A DNA stretch of 36,365 bases from an uncultured bacterium (GCA_964543655.1 CAZIZE010000076.1:1-36365), one strand, 5' to 3'. Counted from the first letter of the stretch, positions 1 to 8,227 are shown. The notes: generated by a model from the letters alone, not told the origin. A program made the numbers and translations.

Positions 1-51
1 TATTCCTGCTAAAAATTAGAAATGAAAAACTCCTATAATTCTTTTCTACCA

Positions 52-158
52 TAATACAATTTTTTACTTGAAATGACATTTGTAATATTCTTAAATTATT
101 GTTATTTATGTGTCTTTCAACGTTGAACTATGAACTTTGAACTGTAAACTTGTATAAG
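52..158 (+). repeat. Dispersed 107-bp non-coding repeat, copy 1 (MITE-like or ncRNA/regulatory element)
   Basis: Reverse complement aligns without gaps to 30869-30975 with 18 mismatches (manual count). Imperfect terminal inverted repeat TAATACAA...TTGTATAA, internal palindrome TTCAACGTTGAA (116-127), heptamer run TTGAACT ATGAACT TTGAACT GTAAACT (123-150). Confidence 0.85.
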
Positions 159-320
159 ACCTTTGCACAATTAAATAGCAAAATTTTATAAAATAAATAT
201 AAATGTAAAAACAAATAATTTTAACGGATTCTTCCCCTTCTCTCACCTTAAAATCAGAATAACTTTTTTAGATTTTAATGGAAGTTTATCACATACTAAA
301 GATAGTAAGCAAAGATTTTA
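155..320. mobile_element. Possible degenerate TA-flanked MITE
   Basis: Left end TAAGACCTTTGC (155-166) matches the reverse complement of right end GCAAAGATTTTA (309-320) at 10/12, with TA at both outer edges. Internal GGATTCTTC...TCAGAATAAC (226-263) is REP-like. Starts where homology of the 107-bp repeat stops. Confidence 0.4.
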
Positions 321-365
321 ACATTAAAAATTCTCATTGAAAAGTTATTTTACACTGATAACTGA

Positions 366-381
366 TGGCATAAAAATTGCT
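366..381 (+). promoter_or_regulatory. Sigma54 (RpoN) -24/-12 promoter
   Basis: TGGCATAAAAATTGCT: GG (367-368), exactly 10 nt, GC (379-380); near-perfect match to TGGCAC-N5-TTGCW, 33 nt upstream of the flgH ATG. Confidence 0.85.
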
Positions 382-414
382 TTTTAATATTAAAAACTCT
401 TTTTGGAGGCAAAA

Positions 415-1113
415 ATGAATCGATTTTTTTTGTTTATTTTCTGCTCTTTACTCCTGCTTACAACAGGCTGTATAACTAATAATACCAATGTCAAAAGAGA
501 GACCATTAATCCAAATATTTTCAATACAAAATTTGAGTATCATCCCTCTCATCAAACCGAAGGCTCACTATGGCCAGGAGATAAAGTTCGTTCAGGTATG
601 ATGTATCAGGATAGAAAAGCAAGGTATCTTGGAGATACAGTAACTATTTTAATCTCTGAAGATATTTCAGCTGTTGGAAAAGCAGATACTCAGTCAGATG
701 CTTCAAATGAAAATTATTACTCTATACCATATATTTTTGGACAATCAGGTACAAATTACCATAACAGAAATTGGTCAAACTTTTTAAAAACCAAAAGGAG
801 TAATAATTTCAAAGGGAAAGGGTCTGTGTCAAGAAGCAACAAAATGACAGCTAAAATAACTGCCCAAGTTGTTGAAGTTATGCCAAATGGTAATTTAAGA
901 ATAGCAGGAAAAAAATTTATAACTATCAACGGAGAACAACAATACCTGCTTATTACAGGAATTGTGAGACCTGATGACATATCCTCTGACAATACTGTTA
1001 TGTCAGAAAAACTTGCTGATGTTCAGATTGAGTACAATGGTAGGGGTATTTTAAGTGCTAAACAGAAAAGAGGTTGGGCATCAATATTATTAGATTTAAT
1101 ATGGCCATTTTAA
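415..1113 (+). CDS. flgH: Flagellar basal-body L-ring lipoprotein FlgH
   Basis: Lipobox LLTTGC; motifs GSLW, DRKARYLGDTVTILISE, ITAQVVEVMPNGNLRIAG, GIVRPDDISSDNTV, C-terminal GW...WPF. ATG 415 follows GGAGG (405-409), preferred over the TTG at 403. Confidence 0.95.
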   Translation: MNRFFLFIFCSLLLLTTGCITNNTNVKRETINPNIFNTKFEYHPSHQTEGSLWPGDKVRSGMMYQDRKARYLGDTVTILISEDISAVGKADTQSDASNENYYSIPYIFGQSGTNYHNRNWSNFLKTKRSNNFKGKGSVSRSNKMTAKITAQVVEVMPNGNLRIAGKKFITINGEQQYLLITGIVRPDDISSDNTVMSEKLADVQIEYNGRGILSAKQKRGWASILLDLIWPF

Positions 1114-1128
1114 ATAAAGGAGTTTAAC

Positions 1129-1581
1129 ATGGTAAAAAAGTTATTTCTTATTATTCTTATTTTAATTATGTTTTCAAGCTGTGGAATGTTTACAAGTAGT
1201 ACAAAAAAAGAGAAAGGTGTAATCGGTGTTAATCAAACAAATATTATTGAAGTTACTGGCAAAGGTGTTGTTCCAGAAGATCTTGAAAATACTGCCAAAG
1301 GTTACTTGATGGCAGAAAGAGCTGCTGTTATTGATGGTTATCGGCTTTTAACAGAAAAAATAGCAGGATTAATTATTCAGTCTAATTCAGAAAATAAAGA
1401 TTTTACTGTATCCAAAGATAAAATTTACACCTATGCAAGAAGTTTTTTAAAAGGTGCAAAAGTTTTATCAATTAGACATTTGAAAAATAACATTGCAGAG
1501 GCTGAAGTTAGAATAATTTTACCAAGGAAAAAATTAGATAAAGGATTTTTAAGCAATTTATTTGGGGGAAGTGACCAATGA
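1129..1581 (+). CDS. LPP20/FlgP-like lipoprotein
   Basis: Signal peptide with lipobox FSSC; LMAERAAVIDGYRLLTEKIAG resembles the LPP20/FlgP helix motif; RBS AAGGAG; directly after flgH. Confidence 0.7.
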   Translation: MVKKLFLIILILIMFSSCGMFTSSTKKEKGVIGVNQTNIIEVTGKGVVPEDLENTAKGYLMAERAAVIDGYRLLTEKIAGLIIQSNSENKDFTVSKDKIYTYARSFLKGAKVLSIRHLKNNIAEAEVRIILPRKKLDKGFLSNLFGGSDQ

Positions 1582-2258
1582 TTCTTTCAAATCTCTACCA
1601 TATTCAGCTTGAACAAGGTTTTATAGAATCTCAGAAAAGCAGGAAAAATTTTAAGGAGAGCTTTAATAATATTCTTGAGAGTTACACTGTCAAAAGGGGA
1701 GATTCTTTATACAAAATCGCTAAAAATTACCTTGAATCAAAAGGTCTTGATCCAACAGCAAAAGATATTGACAATATGGTCAAAAAAATAGCAAAACTTA
1801 ATAATATTAAAAATCCAAATCTTATTTACATTGGACAAAATATAAATTTTGAACCAATAGAAAGTGATTTTCATAGATTTCCCTATCCTGTTGATGGTGT
1901 TATTAGTTCCAAATTTGGTATGAGGATAGATCCATTTACAAAACATATGAGATTTCATGCAGGCCTTGATATTGCAGCACCAATGGGTACTCCAATAAAG
2001 GCTGTAGCTGATGGTAAAGTGATTTTCAGTGGTAAAGAGAAAGGTTATGGAAATATTGTTATTTTAAAACATAAAAATGGGCTTATTACCAAGTATGCTC
2101 ATAACAGTAAAAATCTTGTTAGAACTGGTGAAATTGTAAAAAAAGGGGAAACAATAGGACTTGTTGGAATGACAGGAAGAGCAACTGGACCACATGTACA
2201 TTTTGAAGTAAGATTAAATGGAAGAGCTATGAATCCTTTAAAGTATTTAAAAACTTAG
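1578..2258 (+). CDS. LysM domain + M23 family Zn peptidase
   Basis: LysM YTVKRGDSLYKIA...NNIKNPNLIYIGQ; M23 motifs HAGLD (HxxxD), YAHNS, ATGPHVHFEV (HxH); ATGA overlap with upstream gene. Confidence 0.93.
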   Translation: MILSNLYHIQLEQGFIESQKSRKNFKESFNNILESYTVKRGDSLYKIAKNYLESKGLDPTAKDIDNMVKKIAKLNNIKNPNLIYIGQNINFEPIESDFHRFPYPVDGVISSKFGMRIDPFTKHMRFHAGLDIAAPMGTPIKAVADGKVIFSGKEKGYGNIVILKHKNGLITKYAHNSKNLVRTGEIVKKGETIGLVGMTGRATGPHVHFEVRLNGRAMNPLKYLKT

Positions 2259-2267
2259 GGAGATTTG

Positions 2268-2726
2268 ATGAGAAAAATCTTTATTATCTCCATTTTTCTT
2301 TTTTTTGCACTCACTTCTTTAAAATCTTCACAGATAATTCTTGAGCAAATTGACATTATAAAAAATTACAAAATAGAGAAAGAAACATTCGATTACACCA
2401 TAGGAAACTTTTATTTGAACAACTTTAAAAAACTAACTATATTAGTTGAAAAGGATAAAGATTTTGAAACAACAATAAAGGGATTGTTTAACAATATTCC
2501 AGTAGAAATTTTATCAGAAGCTGTTGTGTCAAATTTTACATTAAAAGATGATAAAATTGTTGCAAAGAAAATTTTAATACTTGACAGAGAATATAAAATT
2601 GTGAATATAGATAATAAAGAATTTTATAAATTTATCCTCTACATAAAAAAAGAGAAAGAGAAGCCAAGTTTTTTGCAAAACTTAATAAATCAATTTAAAA
2701 TAGAATATGGATACAAAGATAATTAA
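2268..2726 (+). CDS. Hypothetical exported protein
   Basis: N-terminal basic + hydrophobic signal-like segment; GGGAG RBS before ATG 2268; fills the operon gap; no family recognised. Confidence 0.65.
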   Translation: MRKIFIISIFLFFALTSLKSSQIILEQIDIIKNYKIEKETFDYTIGNFYLNNFKKLTILVEKDKDFETTIKGLFNNIPVEILSEAVVSNFTLKDDKIVAKKILILDREYKIVNIDNKEFYKFILYIKKEKEKPSFLQNLINQFKIEYGYKDN

Positions 2727-3336
2727 TGAACTGCTAAATATATTCCACAAAGTTTACAATAAACCTAAAATAGAGTTGAACTACTCCAATCCATTTGAAT
2801 TATTAATAGCAACAATTCTTTCAGCACAATGTACAGATAAAAGAGTTAATGAGGTAACAGAAAATCTTTTTAAAAAGCTTACCAAAATAGAGGATTTTGT
2901 GCAAATATCTACTTCAGAGCTTGAAGAGCTTATAAAACCAACAGGTTTTTATAAAAATAAAGCTAAAAGCATAAAAAATTGCTGCAAAACTTTAATTGAA
3001 AAATACAACTGTCAATTACCTGACAATGTAGAAGAATTATCCAAGCTTCCAGGAGTTGGCAGGAAAACTGCAAATGTTTTGTTAGTAGAATGCTTTAACA
3101 AACCAGCTATTGTTGTTGATACTCATGTAAAAAGATTTAGCCGTAGATTTGGATTAACAAAAGAGATAAATCCTGAAAAAATAGAATATGATTTAATGAA
3201 AATAATCCCAGAATCAGAGTGGAATTTCTTTTCAAAATCAGCAGTACTACATGGCAGGTACATTTGTAAATCAAGAAAGCCTGATTGTGAAAAATGTCCT
3301 GTAAACCATATCTGTTTAAAAATATTTAATAATTAA
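2707..3336 (+). CDS. nth: Endonuclease III
   Basis: PFELLIATILSAQCTD, HhH LPGVGRKTA, VDTHV, [4Fe-4S] motif C-X6-C-X2-C-X5-C. Confidence 0.96.
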   Translation: MDTKIINELLNIFHKVYNKPKIELNYSNPFELLIATILSAQCTDKRVNEVTENLFKKLTKIEDFVQISTSELEELIKPTGFYKNKAKSIKNCCKTLIEKYNCQLPDNVEELSKLPGVGRKTANVLLVECFNKPAIVVDTHVKRFSRRFGLTKEINPEKIEYDLMKIIPESEWNFFSKSAVLHGRYICKSRKPDCEKCPVNHICLKIFNN

Positions 3337-3337
3337 A

Positions 3338-3826
3338 ATGAAGCAGGTTTATATTGCAAAATTTGAACATATTGGTTATATTACACTTTGGACAGAGGAG
3401 AATCATTTTATAAGGATTTTATTTGGAAAAAATTTTAAATTAAATAACAGTACTGAATTATTAGAAACTCCTAATAAACTTATGCAGCAATTTTTAACTG
3501 ATTTTAAAAAATTTTTAAATGGAAAAAAAATTGAGTTTGATTTTCCATACATTTTGAAAGTTACGCCTTTTCAAGAAAGAGTGTTAAATACTTTGAAGAA
3601 GGTTAAATTTGGTAATTTGATAACTTATAAAGAGCTTTCAATTAAATCAGGTAGCCCCAATGCTTATAGAGCAGTTGGAATGGCATGTAAAATGAATCCA
3701 TTACCAATAATTATCCCATGTCATAGAGTAATAAAGAGTAATGGTAAAATTGGTGGTTTTGCAGGTGGAATAAATTTAAAAAAATTTTTAATTAATATAG
3801 AAAAAGGAGCTAACTATGGAATATAA
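3338..3826 (+). CDS. ogt: Methylated-DNA--protein-cysteine methyltransferase
   Basis: TPFQ, RAVGMA, NPLPIIIPCHRV active-site motif, GGFAGG. Confidence 0.95.
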   Translation: MKQVYIAKFEHIGYITLWTEENHFIRILFGKNFKLNNSTELLETPNKLMQQFLTDFKKFLNGKKIEFDFPYILKVTPFQERVLNTLKKVKFGNLITYKELSIKSGSPNAYRAVGMACKMNPLPIIIPCHRVIKSNGKIGGFAGGINLKKFLINIEKGANYGI

Positions 3827-4154
3827 CATAACAAAAGAAGATGGTATCTACATAATTAATTTATTAGGGGACCTTGTTGCAGGGAAAATTTACAATTTAA
3901 AAGAAGATTTAGAAAAGATTTTAACAGAAGAAAATCCTAAAATAATTTTTAATTTTGCCGATGTAAAATTTATAGATAGCTCAGGAATTGGTCTTATTGT
4001 AAATGTTTTAAAAAAGCAATCTGAAAAGAACAACAAATTGAAATTATGTAATCTAAACAAAACTGTTACAAATATTTTTAAACAAATAAAGATATACTCT
4101 TTTTTTGAGGTTTACGATTCACTTGATGAAGCAATAGATTCTTATGAAAGCTGA
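3816..4154 (+). CDS. STAS-domain anti-sigma factor antagonist
   Basis: 112 aa with VKFIDSSGIG phosphoserine motif typical of RsbV/SpoIIAA family. Confidence 0.9.
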   Translation: MEYNITKEDGIYIINLLGDLVAGKIYNLKEDLEKILTEENPKIIFNFADVKFIDSSGIGLIVNVLKKQSEKNNKLKLCNLNKTVTNIFKQIKIYSFFEVYDSLDEAIDSYES

Positions 4155-4159
4155 GGCCA

Positions 4160-5341
4160 ATGTACTTTTTAAAAGTTTTAAAAAATTTAAATCCTGAGAA
4201 CAGATTAAAAGATCTATCAGAGCTTGAGAAGATAGATTATAGAAATATTAGTATTATTGAAAATGTTATTGAAAATGAAGTTGTTGCAGAAGCATTATCA
4301 ATTGATATGCTTGAAAATTCTGATGATAAAGATAGAGTTACAAAGCTTCAAAGTTTAGAAGAATTAAAAAATTTCATTGGTGACGGTGTTTACATTAAAG
4401 AAAATGAGCCATCAAGAATATATGCTCAAAAAAGTGGTCAAATTGTTTTTAAAGATGGTAAATTTCATGTAAATGATAAAATTACTCTTGATGAAGTAAG
4501 TTTTAAAACTGGCAATGTAACATTTGTTGGTGATCTTGTGGTAGAAGGTGATATTAAACCAGGTTTTATTGTTAATGCAAGAAATCTTTTAGTTAAAGGT
4601 TCTGTGGACAACTCACAACTAATAGCTGGTGAGACTGTGGTTGTTAAAGGTGGAGTTATTGGACTACAGAATAAAGATTTCTGTAAAATCAGAGCTGGCA
4701 AGTTAGTTGTTTTAAATTTTATTGAGAATTCAGATATTGAGTGTGATGGGCCTGTTTACATAAAAAAATCAGCTATGCATACAAATATATTTGCAAAAGG
4801 AAGAATTGTACTTTTTGGTGAGCCAGGACTTGTAGTGGGAGGAGAAGTAATTGCTGAAAAGAATATGATTATAAAAGTAGTTGGCTCAAAATGGGGCACT
4901 AAAACCATATTAAAAGTAGGTATAGATCCATTTAAATACCTTAGATTGAAACAGGCAGAGCAGAGATTTCAAAAAAACAGTAAGTTACTTGAAGAGGTAA
5001 ATAAAAGCATTGATTATATAAATTCTGTTTTAGAGGGCAAGGGTGATACAGAAGATAAAGAAAAATTAAAAAAGGAACTTGAAGAAATTATAAAAAAAAG
5101 AGATAAATTTGAGAAAAAAATAAAAAGAGTTAGCAGAATTATTCAAAGATTAAAAGAAAAAATTCAGGAAGAAAAAGAAAAATTAGACCTTGACAACACA
5201 AAAATTTTCATATTTAAAAAGATATATCCTGGTGTTGAATTTCGAATAGGACTTGAACATCACAGAGTTTATGATGAAATGGCAGGAAGTGTTGTTTTCA
5301 TGGAAAATGATGAAGTTAAGTTTAAATCAATAAAGAATTAA
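4160..5341 (+). CDS. fapA: FapA/DUF342 family flagellar assembly protein
   Basis: VSFKTGNVTFVGDLVVEGDI, beta-helix-like repeats, VGGEVIA, GTKT, coiled coil, C-terminal IYPGVEF; adjacent to stator genes. Confidence 0.85.
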   Translation: MYFLKVLKNLNPENRLKDLSELEKIDYRNISIIENVIENEVVAEALSIDMLENSDDKDRVTKLQSLEELKNFIGDGVYIKENEPSRIYAQKSGQIVFKDGKFHVNDKITLDEVSFKTGNVTFVGDLVVEGDIKPGFIVNARNLLVKGSVDNSQLIAGETVVVKGGVIGLQNKDFCKIRAGKLVVLNFIENSDIECDGPVYIKKSAMHTNIFAKGRIVLFGEPGLVVGGEVIAEKNMIIKVVGSKWGTKTILKVGIDPFKYLRLKQAEQRFQKNSKLLEEVNKSIDYINSVLEGKGDTEDKEKLKKELEEIIKKRDKFEKKIKRVSRIIQRLKEKIQEEKEKLDLDNTKIFIFKKIYPGVEFRIGLEHHRVYDEMAGSVVFMENDEVKFKSIKN

Positions 5342-5356
5342 AGAGGTTAAAAAAAA

Positions 5357-6118
5357 ATGGATATTGCTACAGTCATTGGGATTGTTCTTGCTCTTGGCTT
5401 AATATTGGGCTCAATTTTCATGGGTGTTGGTTTAGGGCCGTTTATTGACATCCCTTCTATTCTTATTGTTATTGGTGGTTCAATAGCAGCTTTGTTAATA
5501 GCCTTTCCATTAGGGTCAGTTATTGGGGCTATTAAAGTATTTTTAAAATCTATGTTAGGTAAAACTCCACCACCACAGGAGATTATTGACACCATTGTTG
5601 AGCTTGCTGTTACTGCAAGAAAAGATAGTATTTTAGCATTAGAAAAGGTTGAAATTGAAGACCCTTTTTTAGCAAAAGGTATCAGGTTAGTTGTTGATGG
5701 CACTGCTCCTGATCTTGTTAGAGCAATTTTAACCACTGAAATTAAAGCAATGAAAAATAGACATATGGAAGGTGCTAATATTTTTGGTACTCTATCAGCA
5801 ATGGCTCCTGCATTTGGAATGATTGGTACACTAATTGGTCTTGTACAGATGCTTCAAAATTTAAGTGACCCATCTGCTATTGGACCATCAATGGCTGTTG
5901 CATTGCTTACCACATTTTATGGTGCTGTTATTGCCAATGTTTTTGGAAGTCCTATTAAGACAAAGTTAGAAGGGAAATCAGCAGAAGAAGCATTGTTAAA
6001 AGAAATTATCATGCAGGGTGTTATTTCCATTATGGAAGGAGACAACCCAATGATTGTTAGAAGTAAATTAGAGGCTTTTCTATCACCAGCAATGAGAAAG
6101 CCAGAGGATGAAAAATAA
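5357..6118 (+). CDS. motA: Flagellar stator subunit MotA/PomA
   Basis: MDIATVIG, SILIVIGGS, ARKDSILALE, APAFGMIGTLIGLVQML, MAVALLTTFYG. Confidence 0.96.
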   Translation: MDIATVIGIVLALGLILGSIFMGVGLGPFIDIPSILIVIGGSIAALLIAFPLGSVIGAIKVFLKSMLGKTPPPQEIIDTIVELAVTARKDSILALEKVEIEDPFLAKGIRLVVDGTAPDLVRAILTTEIKAMKNRHMEGANIFGTLSAMAPAFGMIGTLIGLVQMLQNLSDPSAIGPSMAVALLTTFYGAVIANVFGSPIKTKLEGKSAEEALLKEIIMQGVISIMEGDNPMIVRSKLEAFLSPAMRKPEDEK

Positions 6119-6876
6119 TGGCTGAAGAAGATAAAAATTGTCAATGTGAAGAATGCGAAGAGTGCCCACCATGTGAAGAGGGATTACCAGGATGGATGGC
6201 TACATTTTCTGACCTGTGTACTCTCTTAATGACCTTTTTTGTGTTGTTGCTATCCTTCTCAACAATGGACATAATAAAATTTAAACAGATGATGGGCTCA
6301 ATGGAAAAAGCTTTTGGTTATACTACTGAGGAACATGGTGCTTTTGAAGCAAAAGCTTCCACACCAGTTACCATACAGCTATCTGACCAAGAAAATAAAA
6401 TGCTTGATAATATGGAAATTGGAAATAAAATAAAGCAGGATATTCAGGAATCAGGAATGGAAAAAGATGTAGAGGTTGAGGTTAGTGAAAATGGTGTAAT
6501 GATGAGGCTTAGAGGTAAAGTTGCATTTCCACCTGGCAAAGCAACTCTTAATCCTAAAATGAAACCACTTCTTGCAAAGGTTGCCAAAATTTTAAAAGAG
6601 CATCCTGATTATTACCTTAAAGTTCTTGGACATACTGACAATATACCAATAAAATCTAATAAATACGATTCTAACTGGGAGCTTTCAGCAGCAAGAGCAG
6701 TTAGGGTGATTCAATACCTTGTTGATAAATATAAAATTAATCCAAAAAGGCTTACAGCAATTGGTTATGGAGATACCAGACCTCTTGTACCTAATAATTC
6801 TCCAGAAAATAGGGCTAAAAATAGAAGAGTTGAATTTATTTTTTACAAAAAAGGTATGACAGGTGAGGTTAGTTAA
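6118..6876 (+). CDS. motB: Flagellar stator subunit MotB/PomB
   Basis: TM WMATFSDLCTLLMTFFVLLLSFS with conserved Asp32; OmpA-like domain GHTDN, NWELSAARA, NRRVE. Confidence 0.96.
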   Translation: MAEEDKNCQCEECEECPPCEEGLPGWMATFSDLCTLLMTFFVLLLSFSTMDIIKFKQMMGSMEKAFGYTTEEHGAFEAKASTPVTIQLSDQENKMLDNMEIGNKIKQDIQESGMEKDVEVEVSENGVMMRLRGKVAFPPGKATLNPKMKPLLAKVAKILKEHPDYYLKVLGHTDNIPIKSNKYDSNWELSAARAVRVIQYLVDKYKINPKRLTAIGYGDTRPLVPNNSPENRAKNRRVEFIFYKKGMTGEVS

Positions 6877-7325
6877 TGGAATTTACAGGGCCACATGTTG
6901 TTAAACTTGACAAATGGATTTCTCCAGCTCCTTTTGAAAAATTGCTGAATATGACTATTCACAAAAGTGAGAAGGGTGAAGCACTTTTGTCAATGCCATT
7001 CTATTACCAATATGCTCAGGGTGCAGGATTGTTACATGGTGGAGCTATAATCTCTCTTGCAGATACAGCTGTGGCAATGGCAATGAAAAGTGTTTTAGAA
7101 GAGAATACCCATTTTGCAACAATTGAAGTAAATGCCAGATTTTTATACCCAGTAAAAAAAGGTATGGTAAAAGCTTATGCAAAGGTAACGCCAGATTCAG
7201 AAAAAGAAAGAATTTTTAATGGTATTGCAGAAGTTTTTAATGAAGAAAAGATTAAAGTTCTTGATTTTTCATCTGTGTTCAAAATAGCCAGAAACAGCAA
7301 AATTATTTATCCAACACTTACCTGA
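6876..7325 (+). CDS. PaaI family (hotdog fold) thioesterase
   Basis: GLLHGGAIISLADTA motif, ATIEVNARFLYP. Confidence 0.88.
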   Translation: MEFTGPHVVKLDKWISPAPFEKLLNMTIHKSEKGEALLSMPFYYQYAQGAGLLHGGAIISLADTAVAMAMKSVLEENTHFATIEVNARFLYPVKKGMVKAYAKVTPDSEKERIFNGIAEVFNEEKIKVLDFSSVFKIARNSKIIYPTLT

Positions 7326-8215
7326 TTTTTCCCATTAACTTTGCTCTGGTACATTAATTTATCTGCTCTTTTAATTAATGAGTCAAAAGTATCATCCTTT
7401 TTAGCTTTTGTTGCACCAATTGAAATAGTTACACTGTAATTATACTTTGGAATTTTTAAATTATTTTCAACCAAGACCCTTAACCGTTCTGCAATTTGAT
7501 ATAGGTCTGAATTGTTTAAGTATTGTAAAACAGCAACAAATTCTTCCCCTCCGTAACGACAACAAACATCATATTTTCTAAACATCTTTTTGGCTATATA
7601 TGCCAATCTTTTCAGCACATCATCTCCAACTTTATGCCCAAAGGTATCATTAATTTTTTTAAAATTATCAATATCAAAGAAAATTATTCCAAAACTATAA
7701 TTTTCAAACCGAACAAGTTTGCCAAAACATTTATCAAGCATTATTTTTAAAAATCGTCTATTAGGAAGCCCAGTAAGCTCATCTATCATAGCTACTTTTT
7801 CTAAGTATTTTATTTTTTTATTTTGTAGAAATTTTAGTGCATTGTCATCAATATTACAGCAAACACCAATAAATTCATTGTCATTGTAGATGGGAAAAGC
7901 AGAAATAATTACAGGGATTTTGCCAAAAATGTTATTATTAATAAAACACTCTTTTTTTACTAATTTCTTTTTATTAAAAGCATCTTCTATGGGACAACCT
8001 ATACTGCATAAAGGTTTTTCATCTTCATTTTCACATTTGAAAACATTTGAATCTAAACTTTTACCAATAACTTCAACTTTTTCAAGGCCAGTTATAATTT
8101 CAAAAATTTTGTTAGCATAGATAATTTTTTGTGTAGGATCAAAAAAAATACATCCAGAAATGTAGTTATCAAGGATTTTTTTAAAAATTACATATTCAAA
8201 TGATATATTCTCCAA
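7307..8215 (-). CDS. PAS-GGDEF diguanylate cyclase
   Basis: PAS-like N-terminus; DELTGLPNRR, DIDNFKKINDTFGHKVGD, intact RxxD I-site (RKYD) and GGEEF active site; TTG start after AAGGA. Confidence 0.93.
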   Translation of the reverse strand: MENISFEYVIFKKILDNYISGCIFFDPTQKIIYANKIFEIITGLEKVEVIGKSLDSNVFKCENEDEKPLCSIGCPIEDAFNKKKLVKKECFINNNIFGKIPVIISAFPIYNDNEFIGVCCNIDDNALKFLQNKKIKYLEKVAMIDELTGLPNRRFLKIMLDKCFGKLVRFENYSFGIIFFDIDNFKKINDTFGHKVGDDVLKRLAYIAKKMFRKYDVCCRYGGEEFVAVLQYLNNSDLYQIAERLRVLVENNLKIPKYNYSVTISIGATKAKKDDTFDSLIKRADKLMYQSKVNGKNQVSVG

Positions 8216-8227
8216 TTTTTTTCCTTT

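Noticed and set aside
123-150. Short tandem repeats as a possible CRISPR or iteron array
   Set aside because: Units are 7 bp and contiguous with no spacers; no cas or rep gene in the window.
403-414. TTG start for flgH given by the ORF track
   Set aside because: These bases contain the GGAGG RBS; ATG 415 gives a normal lipoprotein signal peptide.
5347-5736. 129-aa minus-strand ORF, and similar ones at 756-992, 1737-1958, 4465-4701, 5917-6144
   Set aside because: Antisense shadows of well-supported genes, with no recognisable motifs.
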